From an uncultured Terracidiphilus sp. (GTDB lineage: Bacteria > Acidobacteriota > Terriglobia > Terriglobales > Acidobacteriaceae), in NCBI GenBank assembly GCA_964408275.1, contig CAYOYX010000006.1, positions 7,307 to 71,306 of the forward strand: a stretch of 64,000 bases of DNA. The letters are read 5' to 3'. Shown piece by piece: positions 44,525 to 54,380 of this stretch (within the stretch, counting starts at the first letter, position 1; each line of letters starts with the position of its first letter). Made by a program: the position numbers and the translations under genes. The notes under the pieces are model-generated. The model searched no databases, was not told where the DNA came from, and saw nothing but the letters and a program-made list of their open reading frames with translations.

Positions 44525-45799
44525 TCAGCGCAAGGAAACCTTCGCGCCCGCCTGCTTCATAATCGCTTCGCCGCTCTCAGCCTGTACGGTCACGTTCTCC
44601 CCGCTCACTTCGGCATAAGCAATCGTCATTCCAGTTTTGGCGCCGATCTTCACATTGCGCAGCGCGACGCCGATGATTGGAGCCTCCGGCAATCCCACAA
44701 TCGCTCCCGCGGAATCGCTTCCCTCCGCCGTAACATTCTCCAGCACAATATCGTGAAAGCGCGGAGTGAGGCGCGTAATCGGTTGCGCGGTTTCTGTTGC
44801 AGGCGGAAGAACCTTGGGATAGTATTCGCTGATAATCAGCGCGTTCTTCACGCCTTTCATTGAAATATCACGAAAGATAAGATGGCTGACATCGTTGCCG
44901 CGATCGCGATTGGCTTTTACGCGAATGCCGTTGTCGGTTCCTTCGAAGTGAATGCGCTCGGCGCGGATATTCCGCGCTCCGCCTGCAATCTCGCTGCCGA
45001 TGGAAAGGCCATGCCCATGCAGAAAAATGCAATCGGTGATGGTGATCTCTTGGCTGGGCGCATCCGGCCCCGGCGAGTTGATTGCCCCCGACTTGATCGC
45101 GACATTATCATCGCCCACGTCCGCAAAAACATGATCGATAATCACGTGCGACGACGAGAAGGGATCGATGGCATCAGTGTTCGGTGAATGCGGTGGCGCA
45201 AGGATCCTGACATTGCGAATCACCACGTCGTCCGAGTAATAAGGAACCAGTTGCCACATCGGCGAATTCTGGATAGTCACTCCCTCAATGCGAATGTGTT
45301 TGCAGTGGTCGAAGACAATCAGCTTGGGCCGCGGATGTTCGGAGCCGAGAATCCCGGAGTTCTTGAAGCTGCGCGCCATCTCCCACCAGCTCTCGCCGTT
45401 GCCGTCGATTACGCCTTCGCCGGTAATGGAGATATTCATCGCGTTGGTTGCGCTCACTAGCGATTGCAATCCCGGCAGACGAAACTCCGTCCACGCTGGG
45501 TAATCCGCGTGATCGGGAGAACCGAGCAGCGTCGCGCCTTTGTCGATTTGCAGCGTGATGTTGCTCTTCAACACGATCGGCGCGCTGAGATACGTTCCCG
45601 CCGTAAGACGAACCGTGCCGCCAACATTTGCGCAACTATCGATGGCTTTCTGAATCGCCGCAGTATCTTTAGTTACGCCGTCTCCCTTGGCGCCGAAGGT
45701 GCGTGGATTACAAATGGCGGGAGTTGCAAAGGCGCTGGCCGAAGCGGCAACAACGACAGACAAACAGAGAAGTTTTACGAACAAACAGCTCTTTCGCAT
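44525..45799 (-). CDS. glycoside hydrolase family 28 (polygalacturonase), secreted
   Basis: GH28 signature blocks NTDAIDP, GDDNVAIKSG, HGHGLSIGSE, GIRVKA. Signal peptide from ATG 45799. Confidence 0.9.
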   Translation of the reverse strand: MRKSCLFVKLLCLSVVVAASASAFATPAICNPRTFGAKGDGVTKDTAAIQKAIDSCANVGGTVRLTAGTYLSAPIVLKSNITLQIDKGATLLGSPDHADYPAWTEFRLPGLQSLVSATNAMNISITGEGVIDGNGESWWEMARSFKNSGILGSEHPRPKLIVFDHCKHIRIEGVTIQNSPMWQLVPYYSDDVVIRNVRILAPPHSPNTDAIDPFSSSHVIIDHVFADVGDDNVAIKSGAINSPGPDAPSQEITITDCIFLHGHGLSIGSEIAGGARNIRAERIHFEGTDNGIRVKANRDRGNDVSHLIFRDISMKGVKNALIISEYYPKVLPPATETAQPITRLTPRFHDIVLENVTAEGSDSAGAIVGLPEAPIIGVALRNVKIGAKTGMTIAYAEVSGENVTVQAESGEAIMKQAGAKVSLR

Positions 45800-45854
45800 T
45801 CCGATATTATTGCACTGCGCCGCCTGCGCTGGCCGAAGCGCGGGCGGAAGTTCT

Positions 45855-46535
45855 CTACCCACGCACGGATACACCGGAGAAGGATAGCACCGCTAATCCG
45901 GGGATGGGCTGGCCGAAGCGGCGGGCCGGCTCAAAGCGGCTCCACAGCAGCAGGTTCTCCACCTGCGCCCGTGTGGCGTCGTCGGTGGGACCGGAGACGA
46001 TGCGATAGTCGTAGACCTGGCCCGCGCCGTTCACGTAGGCCTCGATCACCACCGAGCCGGAGATAGCGTTGATCGGGTCGGCGCCCGCGACGCTGGAGAG
46101 ATAGAGGAAGCGCGGAGCGGTGACCATTCCCAGCGGCTCATCAGCCGTAGCCTGCACCTTCTCCGGTTGAGCAAACATTCCTACCATTACAGCGACCGAG
46201 CCCATTAGCAGCACTGCGGAGACAAAGCCGCCCGCCGCCTGCAACAGGAATGGTCCAACCGTATTTTTCCAGGCCAGATTCCAGGCATGGAAGGGACTCT
46301 GACGGCGCGCCCGCTCATGGCTGATGGCCACGCGAATCCGCAATTGCAGGTCCGCAGGCGCAGGCGCCGGACCCAACGCGGCCAGCGAAGACTGCGCCAG
46401 CTTGAGAGAGTTCCACTCCACAGCGCACTCTTTGCAACCCTCCAGATGGGCGGCGATCTCCTGCATCTCGCGTCCGCTCAGACGGCCATCCAGGTACTCG
46501 GTAAATCTAGTCCGCATTGCATTACAGCCGTTCAT
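45855..46535 (-). CDS. anti-sigma factor (zf-HC2) with single TM and TonB-C-like C-terminal domain
   Basis: N-terminal H..C..C zinc motif (AAHLEGCKECAVEW). Central TM. C-terminus resembles a TonB C-terminal fold. 4-nt overlap with the sigma gene. Confidence 0.7.
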   Translation of the reverse strand: MNGCNAMRTRFTEYLDGRLSGREMQEIAAHLEGCKECAVEWNSLKLAQSSLAALGPAPAPADLQLRIRVAISHERARRQSPFHAWNLAWKNTVGPFLLQAAGGFVSAVLLMGSVAVMVGMFAQPEKVQATADEPLGMVTAPRFLYLSSVAGADPINAISGSVVIEAYVNGAGQVYDYRIVSGPTDDATRAQVENLLLWSRFEPARRFGQPIPGLAVLSFSGVSVRG

Positions 46536-47224
46536 CGCGCCTCCTCTCTCAGGGGCATCTCAAATCCGGCTCTCGCCGGAGAAACATTCTGTTGCGCCGG
46601 AGCCGTCAGAATCGCCTTCAAGGCGGCGCGTCCCCGCACCAGCCGCGATTTGACCGTCCCCAGGTTCACGCCCTCGATCTCCGCTACGTCCTCGTAGATA
46701 AAACCCTCAATGTCGCGCAGGATAAGAGTGGTCCGGAATGGCTCCGGAACCTGCTTCAAAGCCGCCTCAACCCGCGCCCGATTCTCCTCGCGCTCCACTG
46801 TCTCATAGGGCGATTCAGCCGAGTCGACCAGCATCTCTTTCAGCAGCACCGGCTGCCCGCTTTCGCTCTCCACCATCTCCTGCTCGATGGGAATCTCCTG
46901 CTGACGGTGCCGCGCCCACCAGCGGCGCTGGTTGGAGGCCTCGCGCAGCGCGATGCGATAGATCCACGTCCGCAGCGACGACTCGCCATGAAAGCTGCCC
47001 ACTCCGCGGAAGACCTTCACAAAGACCTCCTGCGTGAGGTCAGCGGCATCCGCGCTATCCTGCACGGCGCGCGCAAGCAGCGAGTAAATGGGTTGGTGGT
47101 AGTGCGCGATCAGCCACGCAAACGCCTCCTCCGAGCCAGTCTGCAACTCCGCGATCAGAGCCGACTCCTGGGATTGAAACGTCAACGTGCTGGCAAAATT
47201 GCCCATGGTGAGGTCCGCCTGCAT
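46532..47224 (-). CDS. ECF-type RNA polymerase sigma-70 factor
   Basis: Region 2 (DLTQEVFVKVFRG...SLRTWIYRIA) and region 4 (DVAEIEGVNLGTVKSRLVRGR). Confidence 0.88.
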   Translation of the reverse strand: MQADLTMGNFASTLTFQSQESALIAELQTGSEEAFAWLIAHYHQPIYSLLARAVQDSADAADLTQEVFVKVFRGVGSFHGESSLRTWIYRIALREASNQRRWWARHRQQEIPIEQEMVESESGQPVLLKEMLVDSAESPYETVEREENRARVEAALKQVPEPFRTTLILRDIEGFIYEDVAEIEGVNLGTVKSRLVRGRAALKAILTAPAQQNVSPARAGFEMPLREEAR

Positions 47225-47474
47225 ATCAGAATCCTCCCACTATACCGCAACTGCCTTCGAGTGCGCGGGAGACGGATACCGGTTCCAGAACTAGTATCCC
47301 ACGCATTCTATTCTCTTAGACACCGAAGGCGCCTCAAGTGTTCCCGGTCACGCAAGTTATTTTATAGAGCCATCCGGGCAGAATTTGGAAGAAAATCAGT
47401 GTCAGCCTGTCGCAGAGCGGACTATAAAGAGGTGACCGCCGGACAAAATATATCCTCCCAATGCCTTGAAAGAG

Positions 47475-48572
47475 TCATGCTTTGTAGCTTCTGCCCTTCC
47501 AGCTTACCTGCTTCAAGATGCGGTGCTGAAACCAACTCCGGTAGAGGAGCACGACAAACAGCGGCAGGCCCATCGGCGAAATGGCGCAATCAAAGAAGGA
47601 AAAGTTGGATTTGATTACGCGGCCGTAGAAGCGGAAGAGGTTGCGAACCCATAAAAGCGCCAGCAGCCATCCATCGTAGACCCAGGGCAGCATATGCGGA
47701 GCGAAAGGCTGATTCCACACCGCGATGGCCAGCAGTGGAAGCACGAAAAGAAGCATAATGTCGAGGGCGCGCCAGAGCGCCAGCGCAAGGCAATTATGGA
47801 AGAGCAGCGCGAGATTCTTGGTCCAGCCTTCGATCATCGCGGCGGTTGAGCGGTACATCCGCGTGGAGAGTGCATCGGCGGCGTAGCGGAAACGCAGGCC
47901 AATGTGACGGCGCTTGGCGAGGTAAGCGAGTTCCACGTCTTCGAGAACCTTTTCAGCGACAGCTGCGTGACCGCCGAGACGGCGATAGGCCTCGCGTTCG
48001 ATAAGCAGAAACTGGCCGTTGGCGGCGGCGATGCGTTGAGCGGGATCGGAGACTTTCGCCGGAGGATAGGCTAGAGCCAGTTCGCAAAATACAAGCGGCA
48101 TCAGCGAACGCTGGGCGAGGCCGCTGACAATCTGGCGTGGCGAATAGCTGAGCACGCCAACTTCATGCTTTGCGGCTTCATGCATTGCGCGGTGGAGATT
48201 TCCCGGCTCGTGAATGGTATCGGCGTCGGTGAAGAGCAGCCAGCGGCCACGCGCCTGTTTCGCAGCGGTCCAAATCGCGTTATTCTTGCCGGTCCAGTTT
48301 GGCTCCAGCTTGCCGGCTTCGAGAACCGTGACTACGACAAAGCTACGAGCGATTTCGGCAGTGCGGTCGGTGGAGTGGTCATCCACAACGATCAACTCCC
48401 AGTCGCGGCCCAGTTGGAAGAGATCGTCGGCTTGGCTGGTCAGGGATTTGAGGCAAGCAGCGAGACAGTCTTGCTCGTTGCGCGCGGGGATGATGACGGT
48501 GAGTTCGAGCAGTTCGGCAGGCTCAGGCTGGTTGAAGACTGTTCCCATATCTTTTATCTCATCACGAATCAA
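47475..48572 (-). CDS. family 2 glycosyltransferase, hopanoid-associated (HpnB/HpnI-like)
   Basis: GT2 motifs VIIPARNE and FTDADT. C-terminal TM helices. Neighbourhood of hpn genes. Confidence 0.75.
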   Translation of the reverse strand: MIRDEIKDMGTVFNQPEPAELLELTVIIPARNEQDCLAACLKSLTSQADDLFQLGRDWELIVVDDHSTDRTAEIARSFVVVTVLEAGKLEPNWTGKNNAIWTAAKQARGRWLLFTDADTIHEPGNLHRAMHEAAKHEVGVLSYSPRQIVSGLAQRSLMPLVFCELALAYPPAKVSDPAQRIAAANGQFLLIEREAYRRLGGHAAVAEKVLEDVELAYLAKRRHIGLRFRYAADALSTRMYRSTAAMIEGWTKNLALLFHNCLALALWRALDIMLLFVLPLLAIAVWNQPFAPHMLPWVYDGWLLALLWVRNLFRFYGRVIKSNFSFFDCAISPMGLPLFVVLLYRSWFQHRILKQVSWKGRSYKA

Positions 48573-48649
48573 TATACTTCCTGGGCTGAAGCCCGCATAA
48601 ATTGCAAGTTTCCATCCATGGCATAAATGCCCCTGCTCCCTCCAAAATC

Positions 48650-49045
48650 TTAGACAGGCCGCGGCCAGCGGGCTTCGACGGTCGTTCCGATGCCGCCTCG
48701 GGGGCGGAACTCGCCGCGAACTACTGCCCAGACCGGATTGCAGGCTTTGACGACGTCTTCCAGCACCTGATTCACGATGTTCTCCTGAAAGATGCCCAGA
48801 TTGCGGTAGGAGAAGAGATACTCCTTGAGCGATTTGAGCTCGAGGCAGCGCTCGCTCGGCTTATAGCGGATGGTGAGCGTGCCGAAGTCGGGCAGGCCGG
48901 TTTTAGGGCAGACGGAGGTCAACTCCGGGTCGTCGATGGAGATCTCGTAGCCCGGAAACTGGTTTTGCCAGGTCTCGATGGAGGGAAAGTTAAAGTCGAG
49001 ACCGGCTTTGGCGTGATCGTCGGTGTAACGTGCTTCGGTAGCCAT
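48650..49045 (-). CDS. queF: NADPH-dependent 7-cyano-7-deazaguanine reductase
   Basis: Catalytic Cys context SVCPKTGLPDFG and QueF motif ELKSLKEYLFSYRN. 131 aa (type I). Confidence 0.9.
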   Translation of the reverse strand: MATEARYTDDHAKAGLDFNFPSIETWQNQFPGYEISIDDPELTSVCPKTGLPDFGTLTIRYKPSERCLELKSLKEYLFSYRNLGIFQENIVNQVLEDVVKACNPVWAVVRGEFRPRGGIGTTVEARWPRPV

Positions 49046-49129
49046 GACTTTATTGTACGAGGCACTCTCATTTACTGGCCAGAGATCGTGCTGGAGTCCG
49101 CGTCCTATATACTATTTTTGGTTGCCTGA

Positions 49130-50365
49130 ATGATAGAAGAAAGAAACCAATTGAACCGGCGCTGGCTTTGGCTGGGCGCACTCCTGCTGATCATTGCCGT
49201 TTTTATCCTGGTGCGTTCGCTGACGAAGGATCGCGTTCAGGTTCATGCTGCGACTGCCGCACGTGTGCCGCTGATCAACGAAGTCAGCACCAATGGCCGC
49301 GTTGAGCCGGAAGAGAATTATGCAATTTACAGCCCGATTTCGACCACGGTCAAGGCGGTATACATACAGCCCGGAGACGTGGTGGCAGCAGGCAAGCTGC
49401 TGATGGTGTTGGATGATGTGCAAGCGCGCGCCCATCTGGCAACGGCAGAGAGCGGCGTGAAGGCCGCGCAGGCCGCGTTGGAGGCCGCGACCCACAACGG
49501 AAGCCAACTGGAGCATGATACGGCTGTGGCCGACGAGACGCGCGCGCGGCTGGATCGCGACGAGGCGCGCAGGGATATGGTTGCGCTGACTAAGCTGAAC
49601 GCCGCCGGAGCAGCCTCTTCCAGCGAAGTGACAGCGGCGCGGCAGCGGATGGAAGCGGCCGATGTTACTCTTCGCGCAATGGAGCAAAGTACAACCAGCC
49701 GCTATTCGCCGGCAGAGGTGGAGCGGGCGCGGGCGGCGCTGACCGACGCGGAGGCCGGGCTGACGGCAGCGCGCGAAGTAATGGCTCAAACGGTGTTGCG
49801 CGCTCCTGTGGCGGGAACAGTCTATGACGTTGAGGTCGGACGCACCGAATATGTGGAAGAGGGCAAACTCCTGATCCAGGTGGCTGACCTGCACCATGAG
49901 CGGATACGCGCCTACTTTGACGAGCCGGAGATCGGAAGCCTGCAAGTTGGACAAAAGATTCAGATCAAGTGGGACGCCAAACAGGGACGCGTCTGGAACG
50001 GGCATATCGAGCGGACACCTGTGACGGTGATCAACCGGGGCACGCGCAGTGTGGGCGAGGTGCTGGTGAAGATTGACGACTCTGACAGCGGCCTGCTTCC
50101 GGAGACGAATGTGAACGTGACGGTAACCATTTCAAGCGAGCCGAACGCGTTGAGCATTCCGCGCGATGCGTTGCATGATGAGAATGGCAAGACCTTCGTT
50201 TATAAGGTTGAGAATAACAGGCTACAGCGAACTCCGGTGACGATTGGGAGCATTAATCTGACCCAGGTAGCAATTCTCTCTGGAATAGGGGAGGGGGATT
50301 TGGTGGCGACCAGATCGATCAACGGAGATTCGTTGCGCGATGGCGTAGCGGTGGTTGTGCGGTGA
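49130..50365 (+). CDS. efflux periplasmic adaptor (HlyD/MFP family)
   Basis: N-terminal TM anchor, long coiled-coil (AQAALEAA...RAALTDAEAGL), beta-barrel C-terminus. Confidence 0.85.
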   Translation: MIEERNQLNRRWLWLGALLLIIAVFILVRSLTKDRVQVHAATAARVPLINEVSTNGRVEPEENYAIYSPISTTVKAVYIQPGDVVAAGKLLMVLDDVQARAHLATAESGVKAAQAALEAATHNGSQLEHDTAVADETRARLDRDEARRDMVALTKLNAAGAASSSEVTAARQRMEAADVTLRAMEQSTTSRYSPAEVERARAALTDAEAGLTAAREVMAQTVLRAPVAGTVYDVEVGRTEYVEEGKLLIQVADLHHERIRAYFDEPEIGSLQVGQKIQIKWDAKQGRVWNGHIERTPVTVINRGTRSVGEVLVKIDDSDSGLLPETNVNVTVTISSEPNALSIPRDALHDENGKTFVYKVENNRLQRTPVTIGSINLTQVAILSGIGEGDLVATRSINGDSLRDGVAVVVR

Positions 50366-51354
50366 AAAAGCAGGTGTTGCTGGGTTTTGCAGGGTTGGGG
50401 ATGGTGCTGGGCATGGCGTCAGCCGTGGCCGCTTTTGCCTCTGCGCCGGGCGGAGTGAGTACGCAGCTTGCCTTGGCTAAAACGGCGCTGGAAGCCGGAG
50501 AGGCGGATAAAGCGATTGCCTTGCTGAATCCGCTGGCGCAGCGAGGCAATGCTGAGGCTTATAACCTGAGATGCCGCGTAGAGTATGCGCTGGAGCAGTG
50601 GGATCAGGCCGCGAACGATTGCGAGCAGGCAGTCAAGCTGGACGGACACAACTCCGACGATCATATGTGGTTGGCCCGAGCGCTGGGAGAGAAGGCGCGC
50701 AGGGCATCGTTTCTGAGTGCATACAGGCTGGCCAAGCGGGTAAAGGCCGAGTTTGAAGAGGCAGTCCGGCTGAATCCCGGCAATGGCGAGGCGCTCACCG
50801 ACCTGGCGAATTATTACTACTCGGCGCCGGGGGTGGTGGGCGGCGGAATCGACAAGGCTGAGCGCGTAGCCGAGCAACTGGACAAGATTGACGCGGCGCG
50901 CGCCCACGAACTCCGCTGCCATCTTGACGAGCAGCGCAAGGATTACGGCACGGCGGAGCGTGAGTACAAGCAGATGATCGGGTGGTCGGCGCATCCTGCC
51001 TTTCCCTGGATAGCGCTGGCGCGCTTCTATCGCGGGCGCGAGCGCTGGGCGGAGATGGAGTCGGCGGTGCGCAGCGGACAAAGCGCAGCGGAGAGGGATA
51101 AGCACGCGGGCGTGGCGTTCTATTCCGGCGCATCCATTTTGCTCGCAACCAGCCGCGACCCGGCGCGTGCCGCAAAGATGTTGGAAGAATATCTCGCCGG
51201 CAACTCGAAGAGCGAGGATGCGCCGGCGTTTGTGGCGCACACTTGGCTGGCCGAACTGAAGCTGAAGTTAGGCGACAAAGCGGGAGCAAGCCAGGAACGC
51301 GCGGCGGCTCTGGCCCTGGCGCATGATTACAAGCCTGCTCTGGATTTGAAGTGA
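50362..51354 (+). CDS. TPR-repeat protein with signal peptide
   Basis: GTGA overlap with the adaptor gene. Repeated A..Y..A...G TPR-like helices. Confidence 0.7.
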   Translation: MKKQVLLGFAGLGMVLGMASAVAAFASAPGGVSTQLALAKTALEAGEADKAIALLNPLAQRGNAEAYNLRCRVEYALEQWDQAANDCEQAVKLDGHNSDDHMWLARALGEKARRASFLSAYRLAKRVKAEFEEAVRLNPGNGEALTDLANYYYSAPGVVGGGIDKAERVAEQLDKIDAARAHELRCHLDEQRKDYGTAEREYKQMIGWSAHPAFPWIALARFYRGRERWAEMESAVRSGQSAAERDKHAGVAFYSGASILLATSRDPARAAKMLEEYLAGNSKSEDAPAFVAHTWLAELKLKLGDKAGASQERAAALALAHDYKPALDLK

Positions 51355-51370
51355 TGAAGGGATCGACTTC

Positions 51371-52711
51371 GTGAAGAACGGACAGAATCCGTTGAAGGGC
51401 TGGGCATTCCTGATTGCTGCGGCGCTGACTGTGGCTCCGTTGCCGCTCTCGGCGCAGAACTCGCTGACGACGGTCGTGGAACTTGCCGAGCGCAATTCCA
51501 GCGCCGTCAAGCTGGCCGAGGCGGATCTGCGCAAGGCGCAAGCCGTGCACTCCGAGACCAAGGATGTTTTTGTACCAAGCCTGATGCTCGGTTCGGGGCT
51601 TCCCGCAGTGCCAACTGTCGGCTTTACCGGAGGCGTGCCCTCGATCCTGAACGGCACCGCGCAGTCGATGGTCTTCAGCCTTCCGCAGATGCTCTACATC
51701 AAAGCGGCGCGCGCCGCGGTTGAAGCCGCCAATCTCAATCTGAAGAGCGCCCGCGAGCAGGTTGCGCTGGAAGCCTCCACGGAATACATCGAACTCGATA
51801 CCGTCGAACGCGAGTTGGAGGCCGCGCATCAGCAGGAGGAATTCGCGGAGCGGCTGGTGACCATCGAGCAGGAACGCGCTGAAGCTGGCGTGGACCCGCT
51901 GAGCGATCTGCTCCAGGCGCGGCTGACGGCAGCGCAGTTGAAGCTCAAGCGGCTGCATCTGGAAACCCGCGCCGCAACCCTTTCAAAAGAGCTTGCTACG
52001 CTCACAGGTTTGCAGGCCGGTTCAATTACAACGGATCACGACAGCATCCCGGAAATTCCCCAGGTGAAGGCGAGCGATGGGAAAGACTCTATTGCCGGAG
52101 TGGATTCAGCGCAAATGAATGCGCTCGCAAAACAACGGCAGGCAAAGGGAGACAGCAGATATACGTTAATCCCGCAGATAAGCTTCGCCGCGGAGTACCT
52201 GCGTAGCACCGGAATACTGAACGATGCCGCCCACTACTATTTAGATCACGGCGCCCTCCCAACCAACAACTTCACTTCAGGATTTCAGATTCAGGTGCCG
52301 CTGTTTGACTGGGGCCATCGCGCCAAGGTGCGGGAGTCGGCGGCTGACGCGCTCCGAGCCACGGTCGAGGCCGAGCAAGCCCAGCGGCAAAATGAACTTC
52401 AAATAGCGGAGTTGACGGGAAGCCTGCTGGAGTTGGATACTTTGGCTGAGATTGCGAGTCTAAAGCAACAGATCGCCAATGAGCAGCTCCAGGCCGTGCT
52501 GTCTCAACTGGAGTTGGGCAATGGCGCCGCTGCCGCTCCGGGCGCTCCGCCGCAGCTTTCCCCGAAGGCGGAGCAGTTGGCCCGCATCGATGAGCGCCAG
52601 AAGTATCAGGATGCGCTGGATACGGAGTTCGATCTCAGCAAGGCGCGGCTGGGTCTGTTGCGCGCCCTCGGCCACATGGAAGACTGGCTGCACGAACTGA
52701 ACGCAAAGTAA
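51371..52711 (+). CDS. TolC-family outer membrane efflux protein
   Basis: Signal peptide. Two OEP-like repeats with long coiled segments. 446 aa. Confidence 0.85.
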   Translation: MKNGQNPLKGWAFLIAAALTVAPLPLSAQNSLTTVVELAERNSSAVKLAEADLRKAQAVHSETKDVFVPSLMLGSGLPAVPTVGFTGGVPSILNGTAQSMVFSLPQMLYIKAARAAVEAANLNLKSAREQVALEASTEYIELDTVERELEAAHQQEEFAERLVTIEQERAEAGVDPLSDLLQARLTAAQLKLKRLHLETRAATLSKELATLTGLQAGSITTDHDSIPEIPQVKASDGKDSIAGVDSAQMNALAKQRQAKGDSRYTLIPQISFAAEYLRSTGILNDAAHYYLDHGALPTNNFTSGFQIQVPLFDWGHRAKVRESAADALRATVEAEQAQRQNELQIAELTGSLLELDTLAEIASLKQQIANEQLQAVLSQLELGNGAAAAPGAPPQLSPKAEQLARIDERQKYQDALDTEFDLSKARLGLLRALGHMEDWLHELNAK

Positions 52712-52773
52712 GCCCCAACGCAAGACGGCTGGCAAGCGCTGCCGGAACCGACAAAATCCTACGAAATGTTAGA

Positions 52774-54258
52774 ATGAAGGGGATGACTATGCCTTTGAAG
52801 ACGCTGTTGCTGAATCCGCCCTCGTTCGAGAAATTTGACGGAGGCGCGAGTTCGCGCTGGCCGGCCACGCGCGAGATCGAATCCTACTGGTTCCCCGTCT
52901 GGCTCACCTATCCCGCCGGATTGCTCGAGGGTTCGCGGCTGCTCGACGCGCCGCCGCACCACATCTCCGCCGACGAAACCATCAAGATTTGCAAAGACTA
53001 CGAGTTCCTGGTGCTCTTCACTTCAACCATCGGCTGGGCGAGCGATCAGAAGCTGGCCGAGGCCATCAAGGCTGCGAATCCCTCCATGCGCATTGCCTTC
53101 GTCGGGCCGCCGGTGACCACCGATTCAGACAAGGCGCTGAACGAGTGCGCCGCTGTGGACTTCATCTGCCGTCGCGAGTTCGATTATTCCGTCGTCGAGT
53201 TCGCGCAGGGCAAGCCGCTCAATGAGATTCTCGGCATCAGCTACAAAAAGGATGGTAAGATCGTCCACAACCCTGACCGCCCGCAGGTCGAAGACCTGGA
53301 CGCAATGCCCTGGGCGACGAAGATTTACAAGCGCGATCTGGATGTCGCGCGCTACAACGTGCCCTTCCTGCTGCATCCGCACATCGCGCTCTACACCACG
53401 CGCGGCTGCCCGGCGCAGTGCACCTTCTGCCTGTGGCCGCAGACACTGAGCGGACACGCATGGCGCAAGCGCTCCACCGATGATGTGGCCGCCGAGCTGG
53501 CCTGGGCCAAAGAGAATTACCCCGATGTGAAGGAGTACTTCTTCGACGACGACACCTTCAACATCCAGAAGCCGCGCACCATCGAGCTATGCGAAAAGAT
53601 CAAGCCGCTCGGTCTCACCTGGAGTTGCACCTCGCGCGTAACCACCGACCGCGAAACGCTGAAAGCGATGAAAGACTCCGGCTGCCGCCTGCTCATCGTC
53701 GGCTTTGAATCCGGCGATCCGCAGATTCTCAAGAACGTCAAGAAGGGCGCAACCGTCGAGCGCGCCCGCGCCTTCGCCAAAGATTGCCATGACCTCGGCC
53801 TGACGATTCACGCTGATTTTATCCTCGGCCTTCCCGGCGAAACCAAGGCGTCGATTCGCAACACCATCAACTTCGCCAAGTCACTGGACTGCGAAACTAT
53901 TCAAGTCAGCATCGCCCACGCCTTCCCCGGAACGGAGTTCTACGATTACGCCAAAGACAACGGCTTCATCGTGAACGCGCAGTCGATGAGCGACGAAGGC
54001 GGCCATCAGATGGCGCACATCGAATATCCTGGCCTGCCTACCGACTACGTGCTGGAGATGGTGCACCGCTTCTACGACGAGTACTACTTCCGGCCCAAGG
54101 CAGCCTTCCGCGTCATCTGGAAGGCGATCGTCAACCGCGACGTGCCCCGGCTTTATACCGAGGCCAAGGCATTCCTCAAGCTGCGCTCACAGCGCAACAA
54201 GATGGTGAAGGCCGCGCGCAGCAAATCCGTCGAGCCGGCCGCGGTTGTAAGCGCCTGA
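52774..54258 (+). CDS. hpnJ: hopanoid biosynthesis-associated B12-binding radical SAM protein HpnJ
   Basis: LLNPPSFEKFDGGASSRW N-terminus typical of HpnJ. Radical SAM CPAQCTFC. The start may be ATG 52789. Confidence 0.85.
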   Translation: MKGMTMPLKTLLLNPPSFEKFDGGASSRWPATREIESYWFPVWLTYPAGLLEGSRLLDAPPHHISADETIKICKDYEFLVLFTSTIGWASDQKLAEAIKAANPSMRIAFVGPPVTTDSDKALNECAAVDFICRREFDYSVVEFAQGKPLNEILGISYKKDGKIVHNPDRPQVEDLDAMPWATKIYKRDLDVARYNVPFLLHPHIALYTTRGCPAQCTFCLWPQTLSGHAWRKRSTDDVAAELAWAKENYPDVKEYFFDDDTFNIQKPRTIELCEKIKPLGLTWSCTSRVTTDRETLKAMKDSGCRLLIVGFESGDPQILKNVKKGATVERARAFAKDCHDLGLTIHADFILGLPGETKASIRNTINFAKSLDCETIQVSIAHAFPGTEFYDYAKDNGFIVNAQSMSDEGGHQMAHIEYPGLPTDYVLEMVHRFYDEYYFRPKAAFRVIWKAIVNRDVPRLYTEAKAFLKLRSQRNKMVKAARSKSVEPAAVVSA

Positions 54259-54380
54259 CACTGGCCGGGTATCTGAACTTTGTATCCCATCGCTTATGAA
54301 TTCCTTGTGGATAGGATGGGATACTAGGGTTAGTGTTTCCCTATGGGATGCTAGAGAGTGTTTCAAAAAACAGCTTTGTG

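Noticed and set aside
49046-49129. Possible preQ1 riboswitch upstream of queF
   Set aside because: The 84-nt leader has an A-rich run (caaccaaaaatag). I could not fit the preQ1-I/II stem plus conserved loop pattern by eye, so this needs an Infernal scan before any claim.
46517-51958. ORFs 46517..47614 (+), 49112..50005 (-), 50419..51240 (-), 50795..51958 (-)
   Set aside because: These are shadow frames opposite the ECF sigma factor, the adaptor, the TPR protein and TolC. Arg/Pro/Ala-rich with no motifs.
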